A DNA stretch of 64,000 bases, taken from assembly GCA_046563655.1 (NCBI GenBank), contig CM102286.1, positions 7,440,001 to 7,504,000 on the forward strand, read 5' to 3'. Under the pieces are notes generated by a model, which was not told where the DNA came from, made no database searches, and saw nothing but the letters and a program-made list of their open reading frames with translations. The DNA comes from Yuukianura sp. NJ FZ-2021 (taxonomy: Eukaryota). The translations under genes and the position numbers were made by a program. This document shows positions 26,201 through 39,813 of the stretch, piece after piece; within the stretch, counting starts at the first letter, position 1; each line of letters starts with the position of its first letter.

Positions 26201-29200
26201 ACTGTTCTACGGAAATTCCAGCAACCTATTCATAGAAATAATAAACTATCATAAACTAACTTCTGGAATTTGCTATTTCAATTTCAAAGTCCACCGTAAT
26301 AAAATTGCAAATTATTGTAACGCACTTGATAGACTGGCTTGTGATTTTTGCAAAGAGCAACTTGTTCATCGGAAGCATCCATGCAGTTTGCCTTGCCGTC
26401 ACAAAACTGATAAAGCGGTAGGCAAACGTCCAAATCACAACGGAACTGACCAGAGTTGCAGTCTTCAAGTATAATGGCTAAACAGAGCAACAAATATATC
26501 AAGTTATGAGACCAATTTACCCTCCGATATACAAACTATAACTAAAAATTCGGGTAGTTTGTGTCACATACTTGTGTTGCCTTTGGCGTCGAAACCATTT
26601 GGGCAATCTATAACATCATCGTGCAGTTTTTCAACGCGAATACTGAAAAAGATACAAAGAAACGGTCCATCATAGGAGAAATTACTTCAACAGCACAAAA
26701 AACAACTAGCTGATTAAAGTTTTACCAGATAGATGACAGTCCACACTTCACGAATCCTTTTGGACAATCTCTCTCAAAAACTGAGTCACATGTTGCAGGT
26801 TCGTCACTTCCATCAGGGCAATCGGTAACCCCGTCACAAAATTGCGACTCGTACATGCACTCCCCTGGAAGGTAGAATTTGTCGTCAGTCGTAATTTGTG
26901 GATCTTTGAAAAAAAAAAACTTGGCAAACATACCGGAGTTACACTGGAAATGATCATCCGGACACCTCTTAGGTGATGGGCGCACAGTTACGCTGGTCGG
27001 TATTGTCACCTCTTCGGCTATATATGAAACACCAGCAGAGCTTAATGTCAAACCCTATCCGCAAACTCTCCAAGCCTCTACAAAATCAAAATTCAAGCGA
27101 AGACTTACCTTCATCCAATTCATCGTCACCTTCTGGACAATCCTTAATTCCGTCCTAAAATAACATTCCAATCAATCAATAATGCTGCAGTGCAGTCTAG
27201 AGATTGACTTAACCAAAACACCAACAATTTCAATACTTACATTGACCCAGAATTTTGGTATGCACAACTTGTCGGCACCACTGCACTGGAACATTTGTTC
27301 CATCTCTGAACAGTTTCCAAACATGGATCCCGCTGGTGGTTGTGGCGGAATAATAGCTCCGCTAGTACTCGTGCAATTTTTCTCATCCGAGTGATCACTG
27401 CAGTCGTAATCATCATCGCACCTTACAAAAAAATAATGTCGTCAATGAAAAATTAATTCCATATTCCAACTAAAGTGAAAACGTAAGATTCGGCATTTTA
27501 ACTTAATGCAACACTTACATCCAACTTTTCCTAATACACTCTCCTGACCCGCATTGGAACTTCCAATCTGGGCAGACGATTCCAGCACAAGTTTTTTCAT
27601 CGCTTCCATCCAAGCAATCTAAAAGAAATTAGAGGAAGTTGATAAAGGCAAAGTGGATTAGAGATAAGCAAGCCATTGACAGCACACTGTTAAGTTTCAT
27701 ACTTACCCTTGTCGCCGTCGCATACCCAGGCACTAGTTTAAAAAAAACATAAAACATATTACTATACTTCCCATACTTCTTAAATTGCTTATTTTGTTGC
27801 TTACTTCGAGATGCACCGTTTATCGTCACATTGGAACTCATCAACTTTACAAGAGTTCGGCATAGGAACAACAGTTGTACAATTCTGTTCATCCGAAGAA
27901 TCTCCACAGTCGTCTTCACCTGTTGAATGAAATAACAGAAACGACAAGTTTGAATTCCATCCTCAATGTCAATCGTTAAATAAGGAACGAAAGCAATACT
28001 TACCGTCACAGCGCCATTTGCTGGAGATACATTGCTATAATCCAGAAGAAGAAAAGAATGAAACTACTTAAATAAAGTTGAATCGTGTAACAAATAATAA
28101 TAACTTAAGCTTTGAACTTGCCCTATTTCTGCACTGGAAGTGGTCATCCGAGTTGCAAGTATTTGAATACGCTGGAATTTCAAAAAAAAAATATTAAATA
28201 AGGCTAAATTGATTAAAATAGAATATAGAATTCAAAAGATTCGTACAGCAATCCATTTCATCTGAACCATCCGCTTCGCAATCCACGTCAAGATCTGTAA
28301 AAACAAATGCAGTGTAATTACTAAGAAATGTTAGGTTGATTCTATTTCTTTATTAGTATTGAGCAACTAGAAAATACATACCACAAGCCCAATGAATTGG
28401 AATACCTGGAAATTAAGAAGATACCATTACTTTTTCTAATTCAAAGTGAATGTTAATAATTATTTGCGAAAATCTTACATTTCCCGTCTGCTACACATCT
28501 AAATTGATTCTCCGCGCAAGTATTCTCCGTATCACAGTTTTCCTCGTCACTGTCATCTCCAGGTCCACAGTCAGGCTGACCGTCACCTTCAAATAAGTAA
28601 GATAGCATGAACAGTAAATGCAAAGTTGCTTGTACTTCAATGAATGTGTATTTTCAATTCAATAACTTACATCGCCATCTTGGAAGAATACAAAACCCTG
28701 ACTTGCACTTGAATGCGCCGGTGTAGTTGCAGTTTGATACTGAAATATCCAAATCATAAACGATTCAACTCTANNNNNNNNNNNNNNNNNNNNNNNNNNN
28801 NNNNNNNNNNNNNNNNNNNNNNNNNNNNNNNNNNNNNNNNNNNNNNNNNNNNNNNNNNNNNNNNNNNNNNNNNCAAATGATAAACGATTCAACCGTAAGT
28901 TGCACTACACATACTTTTGGTAGTTTGCTTGAGAATATTTATGAACTTACCACAGGTTCCATTTTCAACTGCTTTGCCGTCTGGACAAAGACATTCTCCA
29001 TTTGACATGCTTAGCCCGTCTGGACAACCGCAAGTTTTATTACCGTCCGGACGCGCCAGGCACAAATGTTTACAAGTATTGCTGGAAGTGGGCCCAGAGC
29101 ATTGGTTCGTGCCAGTTTGAGAATGCAAGCCATACACCTATGAAGCAAAACTTTCTATAACTGGTACGAACTGTAATATGGTCAGGAAAGTCAGACTCAA

Positions 29201-32200
29201 AACTAAATGTTACCTTGAGATCCATTAGCCTCGACAAATTGCCCTGAATAGTAATCATCACATCCTTAGGATTCGGTAGGTCAGTTCGCGTGGTGTAAAT
29301 AGAACGTGTTGTCCAATCGTCCCAGTATACAAAATTCTTGTACACTCCTACGGCGAACGGGTGAGAGACACCAACCTGACAAAAATATAATAATAATGTC
29401 TTGGTTTTATAAACTCAGACAAAAGCATTTACGACGTTACCTCATTTACAAGAAAAGCCTTCACATGATTTCCGTCCAAATCGGCGGTGTATATGGTATC
29501 CGTATTAGCGTCAACCTATAGAACAGATTGTTTTATTCAACCATAAGCTCTAAATGACTAGTCATAGTCGATTGGTTTCTCACCCAGTAAATCAAATCCT
29601 TGGTCACATCAACTGTGATTCCATTGGGCCATTTCACGGTTTTGTTTAGCAGTGTTTCGTCAACGTTTGTTGCAATTTTCTGTGGATTGCTTCCATCCAG
29701 TCCAGAACGACCGATATATGGAGTTGTGTTGGACCAGTCAGTCCAGAACAAGTACCTGCAATGAAAGTGTATAAAAAGTTATTAGTTCTTACATTAGAGA
29801 TTAAAAACTTAGTATCAAGTATCTTTTAAACAAAAGATTTTAAAAACATACCCCTTGCCCGGATGAACAGCAATTCCTCGTGGTTTGTCAAGGACTTCAG
29901 AACCCAGAATTTTCTTCCTGAGTCTTCCGAGTGTAGATACGTCCGTTTTGATGACTTCAATTTTCTTCAACGTCCCGTCAACAAAGTACAGATTTTGAGC
30001 CATCCAATCAAAAGCCAAACCTTCCACAGACTTCAAATCCTCAGAGACAAGAAGCTCAGATGTGCTGTTACCGTCGAGATGTAGGCGCTGCGATATAAAA
30101 TAAATAAGTTTCAGTTTCACATTTTTATCACGAATGATGTGTATTGAATCATTGGTTTTAATAACCTTACCATAATGTGATCCTTGTTGACGTCTGACCA
30201 ATATATGCAATTCCTCTTCAGATCGAAGTCAATTGCCACAACAGCACGGACGTTTCCAAGTGGTAGAACTTCTACGCGGGTGTAGTCATTCAGATCAATT
30301 CGAAGAACTGAGTCCCGTTTAGCAACAATCATAAACTCCGATTCATTCCTGTTTATGTCATATAGCCAATTAACATAATCTTTTCGACTTAAATATGTAG
30401 TTAAAAAATTCTCACTTGACAGCACATGGAACCGTTGTGGGCAAGTAAACGTCAGCTTCTCCGCCCTCGCAAGTATCGCCTGGAATCTTCCGATAGCCTT
30501 TGGTCCTACTGTAGTATAAGTCTCCAGGTTTACACCATTCAGATTTTGTACCCACACTCGTCTCGGAAGTATCTTTAGTGCAGCGAAGCTTCGGATCAGA
30601 ATCCAGTTGTTTGTAGCCAAAATCACTGCGGAAAAAGAACACAACTTTTAAAAAAGTTCATTCATCCAAAACACTTTCTCATGACCATTAACAACTAGAA
30701 TTACCATTCGAAATCGCTTCGTTTACATAAGCATGGTTTTGTTCGAATGTGACGAGTAAAAGCAGCACCGTTGTAACAGCTGACGTTCGGTCGTCGTCGT
30801 TCATACAGATCCGTTTGCCCCAAAAGACAGCGACGAGCTCCAGGTTGGGAATCCGAGGGTGACCATTCCTTGTAGTCTTCTGTTTTGCATTGGCGGTCTA
30901 AAACAACATTGGTTAGGTCGGCAACTATGTTTTACATGTATTAAGTTAACCCTAACTCTAATTCGTCGTACCGAAAGCGTTTTTCATGTCGACTTTGATT
31001 AGCACCCACGAGTGTTTGGGATTTGTAGAGTTGGAATCCGACCCAAAGATGAAGAAAACAGTTGTGTTTTCACCAGGCTCCGTCATTAGACCCAACACGC
31101 GAATCTCCTTGCTGTAGAATTGGAAGGTGTCCCAGGAGTTTCCTTCATCCGTGGAATAAATCAGGTTGTTCGTCAGTGCTCCTTGTTTGTAATATTTGAC
31201 AGCAACAATTAGCCCACCGTGGTCCCCAAAATTGTACAAATAGTTTCCTTTCAAAACCTATGCCGAATACAAAGAAACGATGCTTATAATAGTTTTTAGT
31301 GGGAGCTATAGAATTGAAAAACCTCAGACAATTCTTACTTGTTTCCAATGAGCAGCTCCGTCCGTCGACATGAAAACTCCAAGGTGTCCCTTTACAAAAT
31401 AACGAGATAATTAATTTACCGCAATTTAAATTCGTCAACTTCAATGTTGAATTGTAATTGTGCTAATCTGGTACCTTCAATGAGTTATCAACTGTGCCGG
31501 TAGCCATGACTATTCCAAGTGCTGACTTCTGGGACAAAATTGGAACAGCTCTCGTCAGCGGATAAAGTTCACTGACACGCTGACTAATATGCAGAGAACA
31601 GTTGACCTTTGTGAAACTCGCCGCCTGGAAGTAAGAAACCCATAAAATTAGAGCATAATTCTATCGGCAATGGCACATTCAGTGTTAATTTTTTTTAATA
31701 CTAAACGTCTCAGCCTTTTTACACTTTTCACTCATATGTTGAGAGAACCCTAAATCCAGTCTCAATGTAGTCTGAATTGAGTTATGAAACGTAAGTTTCA
31801 CCCCACAAATTACACTCAAGTAGCCGGCCATGGAGATTTCCCAAATCCAACTCCACCTATCGCCATCAACTAGTGTTCCTGATGGAATTCACTGGTCTCC
31901 CAGGCATAAGATGGAATCGGACAGTTGACACACTGTCATTTTCTCTTTCCCCACTCTCTGGTTACAGAGATGTCCTGCTAGAACATTTTACGGCCCTTGT
32001 CTCAGACCTTCCCGAGGGAATAAGCAAATATAACCCCCTAATTGTAGGCATGAAACTGGAAACATAGTTTTCTCCCACCATCGTGAATACAAGTATCATC
32101 ATTGACATGTCTTCTTGCGTATTAATAAATTCATTTACGGTAACGAAATACTCACCAGTTTACAGTATATTGGTTCACCATCATTGTCAACATCCGGCGT

Positions 32201-34998
32201 GTGAAGTGGTCCCCAGATGCCTCCTTGGTCGAACGTAATCAAAGATTGGATTTGGTCCAACCCGAACTTTATGCCGGAAACAGCAGTGCTCTTGAACTGG
32301 CTAGCAATGTACACTCCTCGCAGGCCTTCAATTCGGTGGAGTTCCACGAATGGGTGCTCCGTGACATCACTTCATAAAACAAAGTTCAAGAAATAGATAT
32401 AAAACATCATAAATACTAATAAACCATATCTTTACAAGGTTAGTGTAATGAATTTGAACTTTACTTGAGCCATGACCCCGACCATGTTAAATTCGGTTTG
32501 AAGAAAACAATCCTTTCCAACGATAAGGTGAACTTTGGAGGTTCGTTGCTATCTGCTGGTTCGTTTCCGATGAACAGATTGGTAACTGTTTCGTTATGAG
32601 TCACCGTAACAAACATCTACGACGAACAGAATTCAAAAATGGAAAACATATTCATAACAATTTTTTGTATGTATGTTTCTATTTAACACAACTGTACCTG
32701 CCCGTTCGAAACATCAGCGATGTGAAAATGTTGAGAAGGTGATTCATTTGGAAATAGAGCTTCAAGGAATTTTCCGCGTTTGTATGAGATAAGAAGTTGT
32801 AACTCCCCATTCTGGAAAGGCAAAAATAAAACTCAAAAACAAGTTTACAATTGATAAGCTCTGAAGAAAATGAGTTCAACTTACCGATTTCCTTTTGGTG
32901 GCGAACATGTATGAATCCTTCAACTCAAATTCCTCAATTCCAGTTAACAGAACAGTTTTGTCCGTTGGATCTAAAAACAGTGACGCGGATGACAAAAGAG
33001 TGACTTCATTATTGGGTTCCGACCGTCCGATGTATAAAGTGGTTGGAACAACCGAATCATCCCATGCCAGCGACTTCACGGATTCCTCTATCAACTTCCA
33101 GCTCACTCCGAAATCGAGAGAGACGTAAAGCTGTAACCAAAAGTAGAAAGTTCGACTTTAGTTTTACAAATTAATTATCTCTTCAGGTTAATTTATATTC
33201 CTTCAAATATTAGTGAGGTACGTACACGACGCTCTTTGGTAGAAGTTTCATATGCCAGTAGTGTTTCATCTGAATTTGGATCAAAAGAGACTTCATCCGG
33301 CGTAAAATCCAGCCTGATCTTCACGAATTTCGCTCCAAAATCGGTGGTAGTGAAGATTAAGTTGTTCCGAACATCGGTAAATATGAACTGAAAATTTGAA
33401 TAAGGAATTACTTAGTACAATCTTTCAGTCAAAGGTGTCATCATTAACATTGGGCTAAAACTTACTCGGCCATTAGACTTGGGGTGATTGAAGAATTTGT
33501 CCAATGTTGGAAAACTGGTCGCATTGGTGTCGTCGAGAAGTAGCTGGGACGATACATCCACAAAGTTGGATCCATAATTGGTGGAGACATACAGAGCAGA
33601 AGGAAGGAGCGATTTTATGTCTCTGGAGAGGCAGATGATTACATCATTCCCGGCCCAATACACCACAAGTTGGTTATGCGAGTCCTGAAGATTAGTCTGT
33701 GGGAAATACAAAACAAGTAATTGATAATCGTGTATATTGTTGTTTTTAGGAGAAATGCGATTAAAATCTGGTGATCGACCGATAACAAGTATAAATGTAC
33801 TCCAGACTGTGGGGGAGTCCAGAAAAGATAAAATCGAATTTTATACTACCGATAAATAACACGAACTAACCTTTACCAGCACCAGGTACAGTATGATATT
33901 CAAAATTTGTACTCTAAATGACTGTACACAAACTTGGAACTGGAATTAGTTAATTACTTTTTTAGAACTTAGAATTAAGTTGTACTAAAATCGGTTCGCT
34001 GTAAATAAAAAAAAACAAATTACGGGTTAAAAAATATTTTCTTCAGTAGTTAGACGCTGTACAGACACGAGACCGACACACGACGGTATTTTGCACGCGG
34101 TGTGGCGAAACTCAAAAGAACTTGTCAGGTAAGCGGTAAGCTTCGCCACCACCACATGGCGCTTAGCGCCTTTACTTGGGCAAGTACCGCGCCGTATTTA
34201 CAGTAAACTTTCACAGCTCTACTTGTTTGTAAAGCTCCTATAAGTATAACTTAACAATTGCAATGGAGATTGGAGATCCCGGATGAACAAGAACATGTCG
34301 CTGCTCTTCGTGATTTCTGGATTTGCTGTTTGGCAATGATTTCATGTGCCGAATGACCCGGGAGAAGTGTGGATTGCGCGCGCTCCACTCCAACTCGGAG
34401 AATCGCAAGTGGACCAAAATAAATGGAACAGAAATTAAAAAGTAATTGTCCTCCACCCTTTAAGTTTTAAGTACTAATTGGAAAATCTGTAAAACCGTAA
34501 TTAAACGTAATATTTTTTTTCGAATTTGGACGCGGCATTTGAGATTTGACATTTCGAGACCAATTTCAACGGAACCAATAAATCGGTTGAACCACGCCCA
34601 ATTTCCAGCGACTGCGACGTAGCTTTTCAGAATGGTTATTCAAATAAATTATGTATACTAAATAGCAAAACCCTGTTAATAGGAACATATTTATAATTAT
34701 AATAGAATCTTACCACTATTGGAGCATCAATGGGTTTCTTTGAGCTTGATGAGTTGTTATTGTTCAAAACGTCACGCTTTTGCCTTTCCAATTTTCTAGG
34801 CAGGTCGAGTGGGATGCCAACTTCCGGTGAATCCACATATTGACTAAATTCCACAATTTGAGATCTTTTGTAACGCTGATGAGGACTTTGAACACTGAGG
34901 CCGTGTGCAGTATCCTGAGGAAGAAAACTGATGCACAGGCACAGCAAAAGCAGGAAATAATTCGGTATCATTTTCTTATATTGGTGATGTTCTCCCAT
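23202..34998 (-). CDS. SORL1: Sortilin-related receptor (SorLA/LR11): VPS10, YWTD propeller, EGF, ~9 LDLa repeats, FN3 repeats, TM, cytoplasmic tail
   Basis: Signal peptide and furin-like RQKR. VPS10 Asp-box motifs ([31 protein letters not shown]). YWSD/FWTD/YWDD repeats, LDLa repeats and FN3 repeats. TM followed by FASSHY (FANSHY-like) and C-terminal [11 protein letters not shown]. Confidence 0.95.
28774..28873. other. Assembly gap (100 N) inside a SORL1 intron
   Basis: Run of N; both flanks share ATAAACGATTCAAC. Confidence 0.99.
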
Positions 34999-37900
34999 CC
35001 TGTGACTACGGTTGAGCACAGGGAGCAGGAGCACTGATGATGACTGACTGAAGTTGCGGGTTTAGTTCTCTTCGATTTTAAAATTTGAAAGTCACAACAC
35101 TGATGGATTGTTGGATACGACTCACATTATCACTTGAAACAAGCGTTTTCTTGTCCCTTTCTTCGTTTCTTCTAAAAATACAGGGCGAGAATGGTGGGGG
35201 TACTCGGAGTTAATCCTTCCTTTCTTCTTTCTAGCGTCTTCTGTTGAAAAACAAAGTAAAAATAACGAGTTAATTCCTTCTAAAATCAAATGTTGCAAAA
35301 TGGAATAGCCCGAGCACTCTGCACAGGACCCTGGAATCACTCACAATAGTTTATATCTAGTACGAATACCCCACTACAGTTACTAATTGGTTAATCAAAA
35401 CGGAAGGTTGAATAGTTTGTCAAGCGCAAACAGCCAGAAATAATTCTGATCCTTGATTTGTATGTCACGCCAGCAATACTAATATGTAAACTTCAATTGA
35501 GAAGCTACTAAACTAATCCAAATCAATAAAACTCTTGTGTTGGATGGAGTTGACTCTGTTTTAGTGCTGACTAGTCAAAGTCTGCTGAAGTAGTAAATTG
35601 CTAGTTTCGATACCAAACGGACACGGAGCGAATTTAATACTAATCTAAACTGGTAGGGGTAACTGGGTTTATAGATAGTAATGGATAGAAGAGGCGAATA
35701 AGAGGCACTTATGGAGTTTATTTCTGTTAAGTGGAGTCCCAGTCCTCACGTTATTGTGTGACATTTCTTCAGGAATTATATTTATGTTCTGATATGTTCC
35801 GTTTAAGTGTCGAACAAGAGCAAATTCAATGACTCATGAATCTTCATTTTCATTAAAAAAAAAATATATGCACATTTCTTTTCACAGTTCAAAAAATCCA
35901 GTAAATGAGTCACTAACCACGAATTAGACTCTTCTTTCCGCTCCATCATCATTCGTGTTTGACAAAATAACAAACACTGCTACTGTTGATTACTAAGTTT
36001 CTACGCCTCATAATATGTTGGACAAAGGCAGTAACTTTCATCCAAATCAAACGATCAATTTTAACCGAACAAGTTCTAAAGGGGAATGGTTGTTAGATAA
36101 GACATTCCGGTTTCATCGCCGATTTTATGTGTTTTGCTGATGTCTATGGAAGTTATTGAATAAATAAAGTTTTCAATAGTGATTCATAATCAATAAAACA
36201 CAATGACTTCAACCTCTTAAATCGGATTGTACCCTGCGGTCCGAAAATCCGCATTTGATAATTCGCTCGCATAAGATATGGAATGATGATGGAAAGGAAG
36301 TTGTTGGAGAATGAAGTTACTCCAAATCAATCATCTTAATTTGAATTGTTCGGATGAACTGAATGAAATCAGTATTTCCTTTCAGTCCTTTCAATCCGAA
36401 TGGTGGATCCTATCCTACTATCGTTCATGTCAAGTGATTTCGGATTAGAACTACATTATAATGCAGTTCTATTATATGTATTCTATTAATGTATGTATAT
36501 TATAATAGTTTAGCTGCGAGGTAACAGTTACTTAACTTTCGAAAGAAGCCAGACTTAACTTTCGAAAGAATTAAGGTTAATCAACGTTACGTCAAAATAA
36601 GCTTAGAAATAACCGGATCTCCTAACATCTAAAACCTAAATTCATTCTTCTTGTCAATTTTACTCTCATGTTTATCATAAAATAAAACTAACCCGAATGA
36701 AATAACGTTGCTCCGCCCAGACTCCACTGCAGGTCTTCGGCACTTGAAAATTCGGATTTCGGAGGCCAATATAATTAATATAAATCCAAAGGCAACCACC
36801 ATTCACGATCAGGTTTCAGAATGAATTTCCTTTTCTTCAGCAGCTCTACGGAACAGGAAAGATGACAGTTAGCACTACTTAGAATCAGAAACTGAAACTT
36901 CATACACTGAGACAAACCCAACGTAATAACTAAGGCTTACCGCTACAAGTAAAACCAGACAATGAGTAATTGAGTAATTTACAAGGAAATTCGTTCCTTT
37001 GGTTGCAAGTGCAACTCATAAATAGGGTATGTAGTTGTAGTTGCCTCAACTTTCGAATCGAAACAAGACTTTAGTGGGGTGGATTAGCACAAAAAAATGC
37101 CTGGACAGTGGATGTAATTAAATAACACCCTCCGCCTCCCTATGCAATTCCAAGTCCAATTACGACCACCCGCTGATCACCATGGATTTAAAGATTGGAT
37201 AAAAGTGAAAGATGAATCAGGAGATGGGTCTCTGGGTAAGGGGACTTCCTTGATTGATGACTAACACTTTACTTCAGTTAAGTTATCAAAGTGTACGGAT
37301 TCAACGGATAACTGTATTTGCCATTTGGACTTTAGGACACAGTTAGTGACACTATCACTTACCAATGTTTGTCTTTGTATTGTTAACTCCCGTTGGACTT
37401 GACTCTTGTGAAGTGACGTTTTAATCCTTGTCCTTTATAAGTTGTTGTTGCTAGTTGCTTACCGCTATCGATAGTCAATTCTGAACTTGGTTGCTTTTCT
37501 GTGTGGTGCGAACGTGCGGTGGTGGTCTGATTCATATGTTGACAGTGTTTCTCAACTTCACGTGACTCTACGACTTCTCTGTCTTTTTTTCTTTTTTCTT
37601 TTCTGCATGTTGATTTCCATTGTCCATTGTCCCGTTCGTTCCCCTCGCTCCGCCCGCCTTGCTTGTGGAGGAAAACGCAATAGCTGTGCGTCGTAAGCCT
37701 GAAAAAATTCATACAGCGCACTTGTTTTTACACCGCATTGAAGATAAATAGCGTTGACCTAAGCCTTTACTTTAAAAACTTATTTTGGAAGGTCATTTTA
37801 CTCGTGGCTTTCTTGGCTGCGATCCCAGAACGCCACGCCAGACGCCACTTAATATAAAGCCATTTCCAACTCATCGCAACAACGACAGAAATGAAAATGA

Positions 37901-38643
37901 TGCCTAGACCTTTTTTCCCTGTTTGGGCATGTCGTACAATTCCATCGCCTTTTAAGTTAACTAAAACCTAATACCAGTCATATGAAAAATGAAAGAGAAA
38001 GACCGTTCCTCGTAAAGTTGCTGATTGGGATTTTAAAGTGTTTTAATTGTTCTATATAAGTTGTGTTATAAATTGTTGTATTATTAGTCGAGCAATGACA
38101 ATACGAAGAAGGAACAGGAAGAATGCTCAATTTCTGTTTCTGCTCTGCGGAGATATCCGATTATTCAGGGAATTAGTCTATTCGTGGTCGTCACTGTGTG
38201 GATAGTATTGGGTGGGGTGCGGGGTGCCTGGTGACAGTAGGAAACGGGGGTTGTGGCTGAATGGCTGAAATAGTTTTGAAGTTTGTTTTAATCAATTAAA
38301 TCTGCTTCACACTTCGCGAACAGTTTAAACTACTTTAACTGTCAGACGATAACGGTCGGTGACCACGGAACGGAGTGTCATTTAGCCTTATCGTCCATCG
38401 CCATCCACTCATATAAAGCCATTGAAATTGAAATGCCTCAAAACTAAGTAGAGTAAAGTAAATTCGACAATGGGCTTGAATTGTCATGGGCGACGACGAG
38501 TACGACAAGTCTATTGTTTGACATAAGATGGTAATTGACGAAGACGACCGATGGTCGATCAGCCCATAAACAAGCCCACTTAACTATAAATTAAGCATAT
38601 CAAAATCTTTTATTTTAGCTTTCATCTGGAATTCGTTGTAAAG

Positions 38644-39508
38644 ATGCAATCTATGGTACGTGAATGTTGTAGCTCGTGCAACTAAGATGATTAACGTCAA
38701 GGTATACAGAATGTTTACAATTATTTGCATTTTTTATCGCTGATTAAAAATCCCTGTTTTACTAATCACTAGATTGTAATTCCGAACTACAAAGGAGTGG
38801 AACCGGTAGACGGGAGCAGGCCGTACCATGTTTACACAATTCAAGTAAACGTTTTTCTCAATGGTACCGCATCCACGTGCAGGACATACTTCCTGGAAAA
38901 GCGTTACAGTGATTTTCTGCAGCTACACAATTTGGTATGACAGTGTGCCAAACAAACATTCATTATGCTAACTGTTTGAATTATCTCAAGATTTAAACTT
39001 TGTGTGTAGTTGCGGAGACAGTATGAAACCCCTCCATTTCCGCCCAAACGTGTCCGTAACTCCAGAGTGAAGGTCTTAGAAACACGTCGGGTAGAGCTTG
39101 AATACTACCTCCAAATCATGACTGAAGTGTCTCCGATACCGAAGGAAGTGTTGAGGTTTTTGGATATTGCTCATCCAAAAGAATACTTACCAGTTCACTA
39201 TCGATGGTAGGTAGCCAACTGTACTTCATGTGAATGTTCATTCATTCGAATTGTGATTCGCATGTGAATGTTGAATTCATTGTGAATGCACCGTTTAAAC
39301 GTTTATTGGACTTTGATGGTACAGGAGAGGTGATGCCAGAGGTCGTGGTTCATTTTCCGGCGATTCCAGCGATGCTTCAGGAAACACCGATGTTCTCCTG
39401 AATCCAGCCGCTGCATTCTCGGAAGATCCGTTCATTGATTCTGATTCCAGTAGCAATCTCTCAGACTCAATAACTAGAGGAGTTTTGGACGCGTTGTATC
39501 ATTCTTAA
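38644..39508 (+). CDS. PX-domain-only sorting nexin, SNX22/SNX24-like (4 exons)
   Basis: IVIPNY..YHVYTIQV..LEKRYSDFLQLH..FPPKRVRN..VLETRRVELEYYLQ..VLRFL. C-terminal DSITRGVLDALY. Exons at 38644-38655, 38773-38934, 39011-39207 and 39326-39508. Confidence 0.85.
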
Positions 39509-39813
39509 TTATTGTTAGACAGGAGTTTTTGATGTCAGTATCGCTTAGTATTTGATCGGGGGTTGTGATTACTTGTGATGAATACTTGAAGATGAAGAGG
39601 ATTGCCAAACTACTTAAATCATGCGAACAACCTTATAACATATCAGTATTACTGGCCCAACAGCACAACTAGGACGATCGATTTTAGTATGCTCAGCAGC
39701 TAGAGTTCCGTGAACAAGGAATATCTTTTTAAACTGAACGATTATGTATTTGAACCATGTGAGCTTTTATTTAAAATAAACAAAATATCATACCTTATTT
39801 TCCATAAGAACTT

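Noticed and set aside
26521..26535. Possible 15-nt SORL1 microexon (AG...GT flanked)
   Set aside because: It would need a 36-nt upstream intron. A single ~94-nt intron already keeps the frame.
28759..28893. Duplicated ATAAACGATTCAAC around the N gap
   Set aside because: Most likely an unresolved contig overlap or haplotype difference; cannot be interpreted.
34050..34225. GC-richer patch with short palindromes in a SORL1 intron (possible MITE or CTCF-like site)
   Set aside because: No convincing TIR/TSD pair, and the CTCF-like sequence has a mismatch at a core position.
36530..36570. 18-bp direct repeat ACTTAACTTTCGAAAGAA x2
   Set aside because: Isolated local duplication in an intron or upstream region, with no other support.
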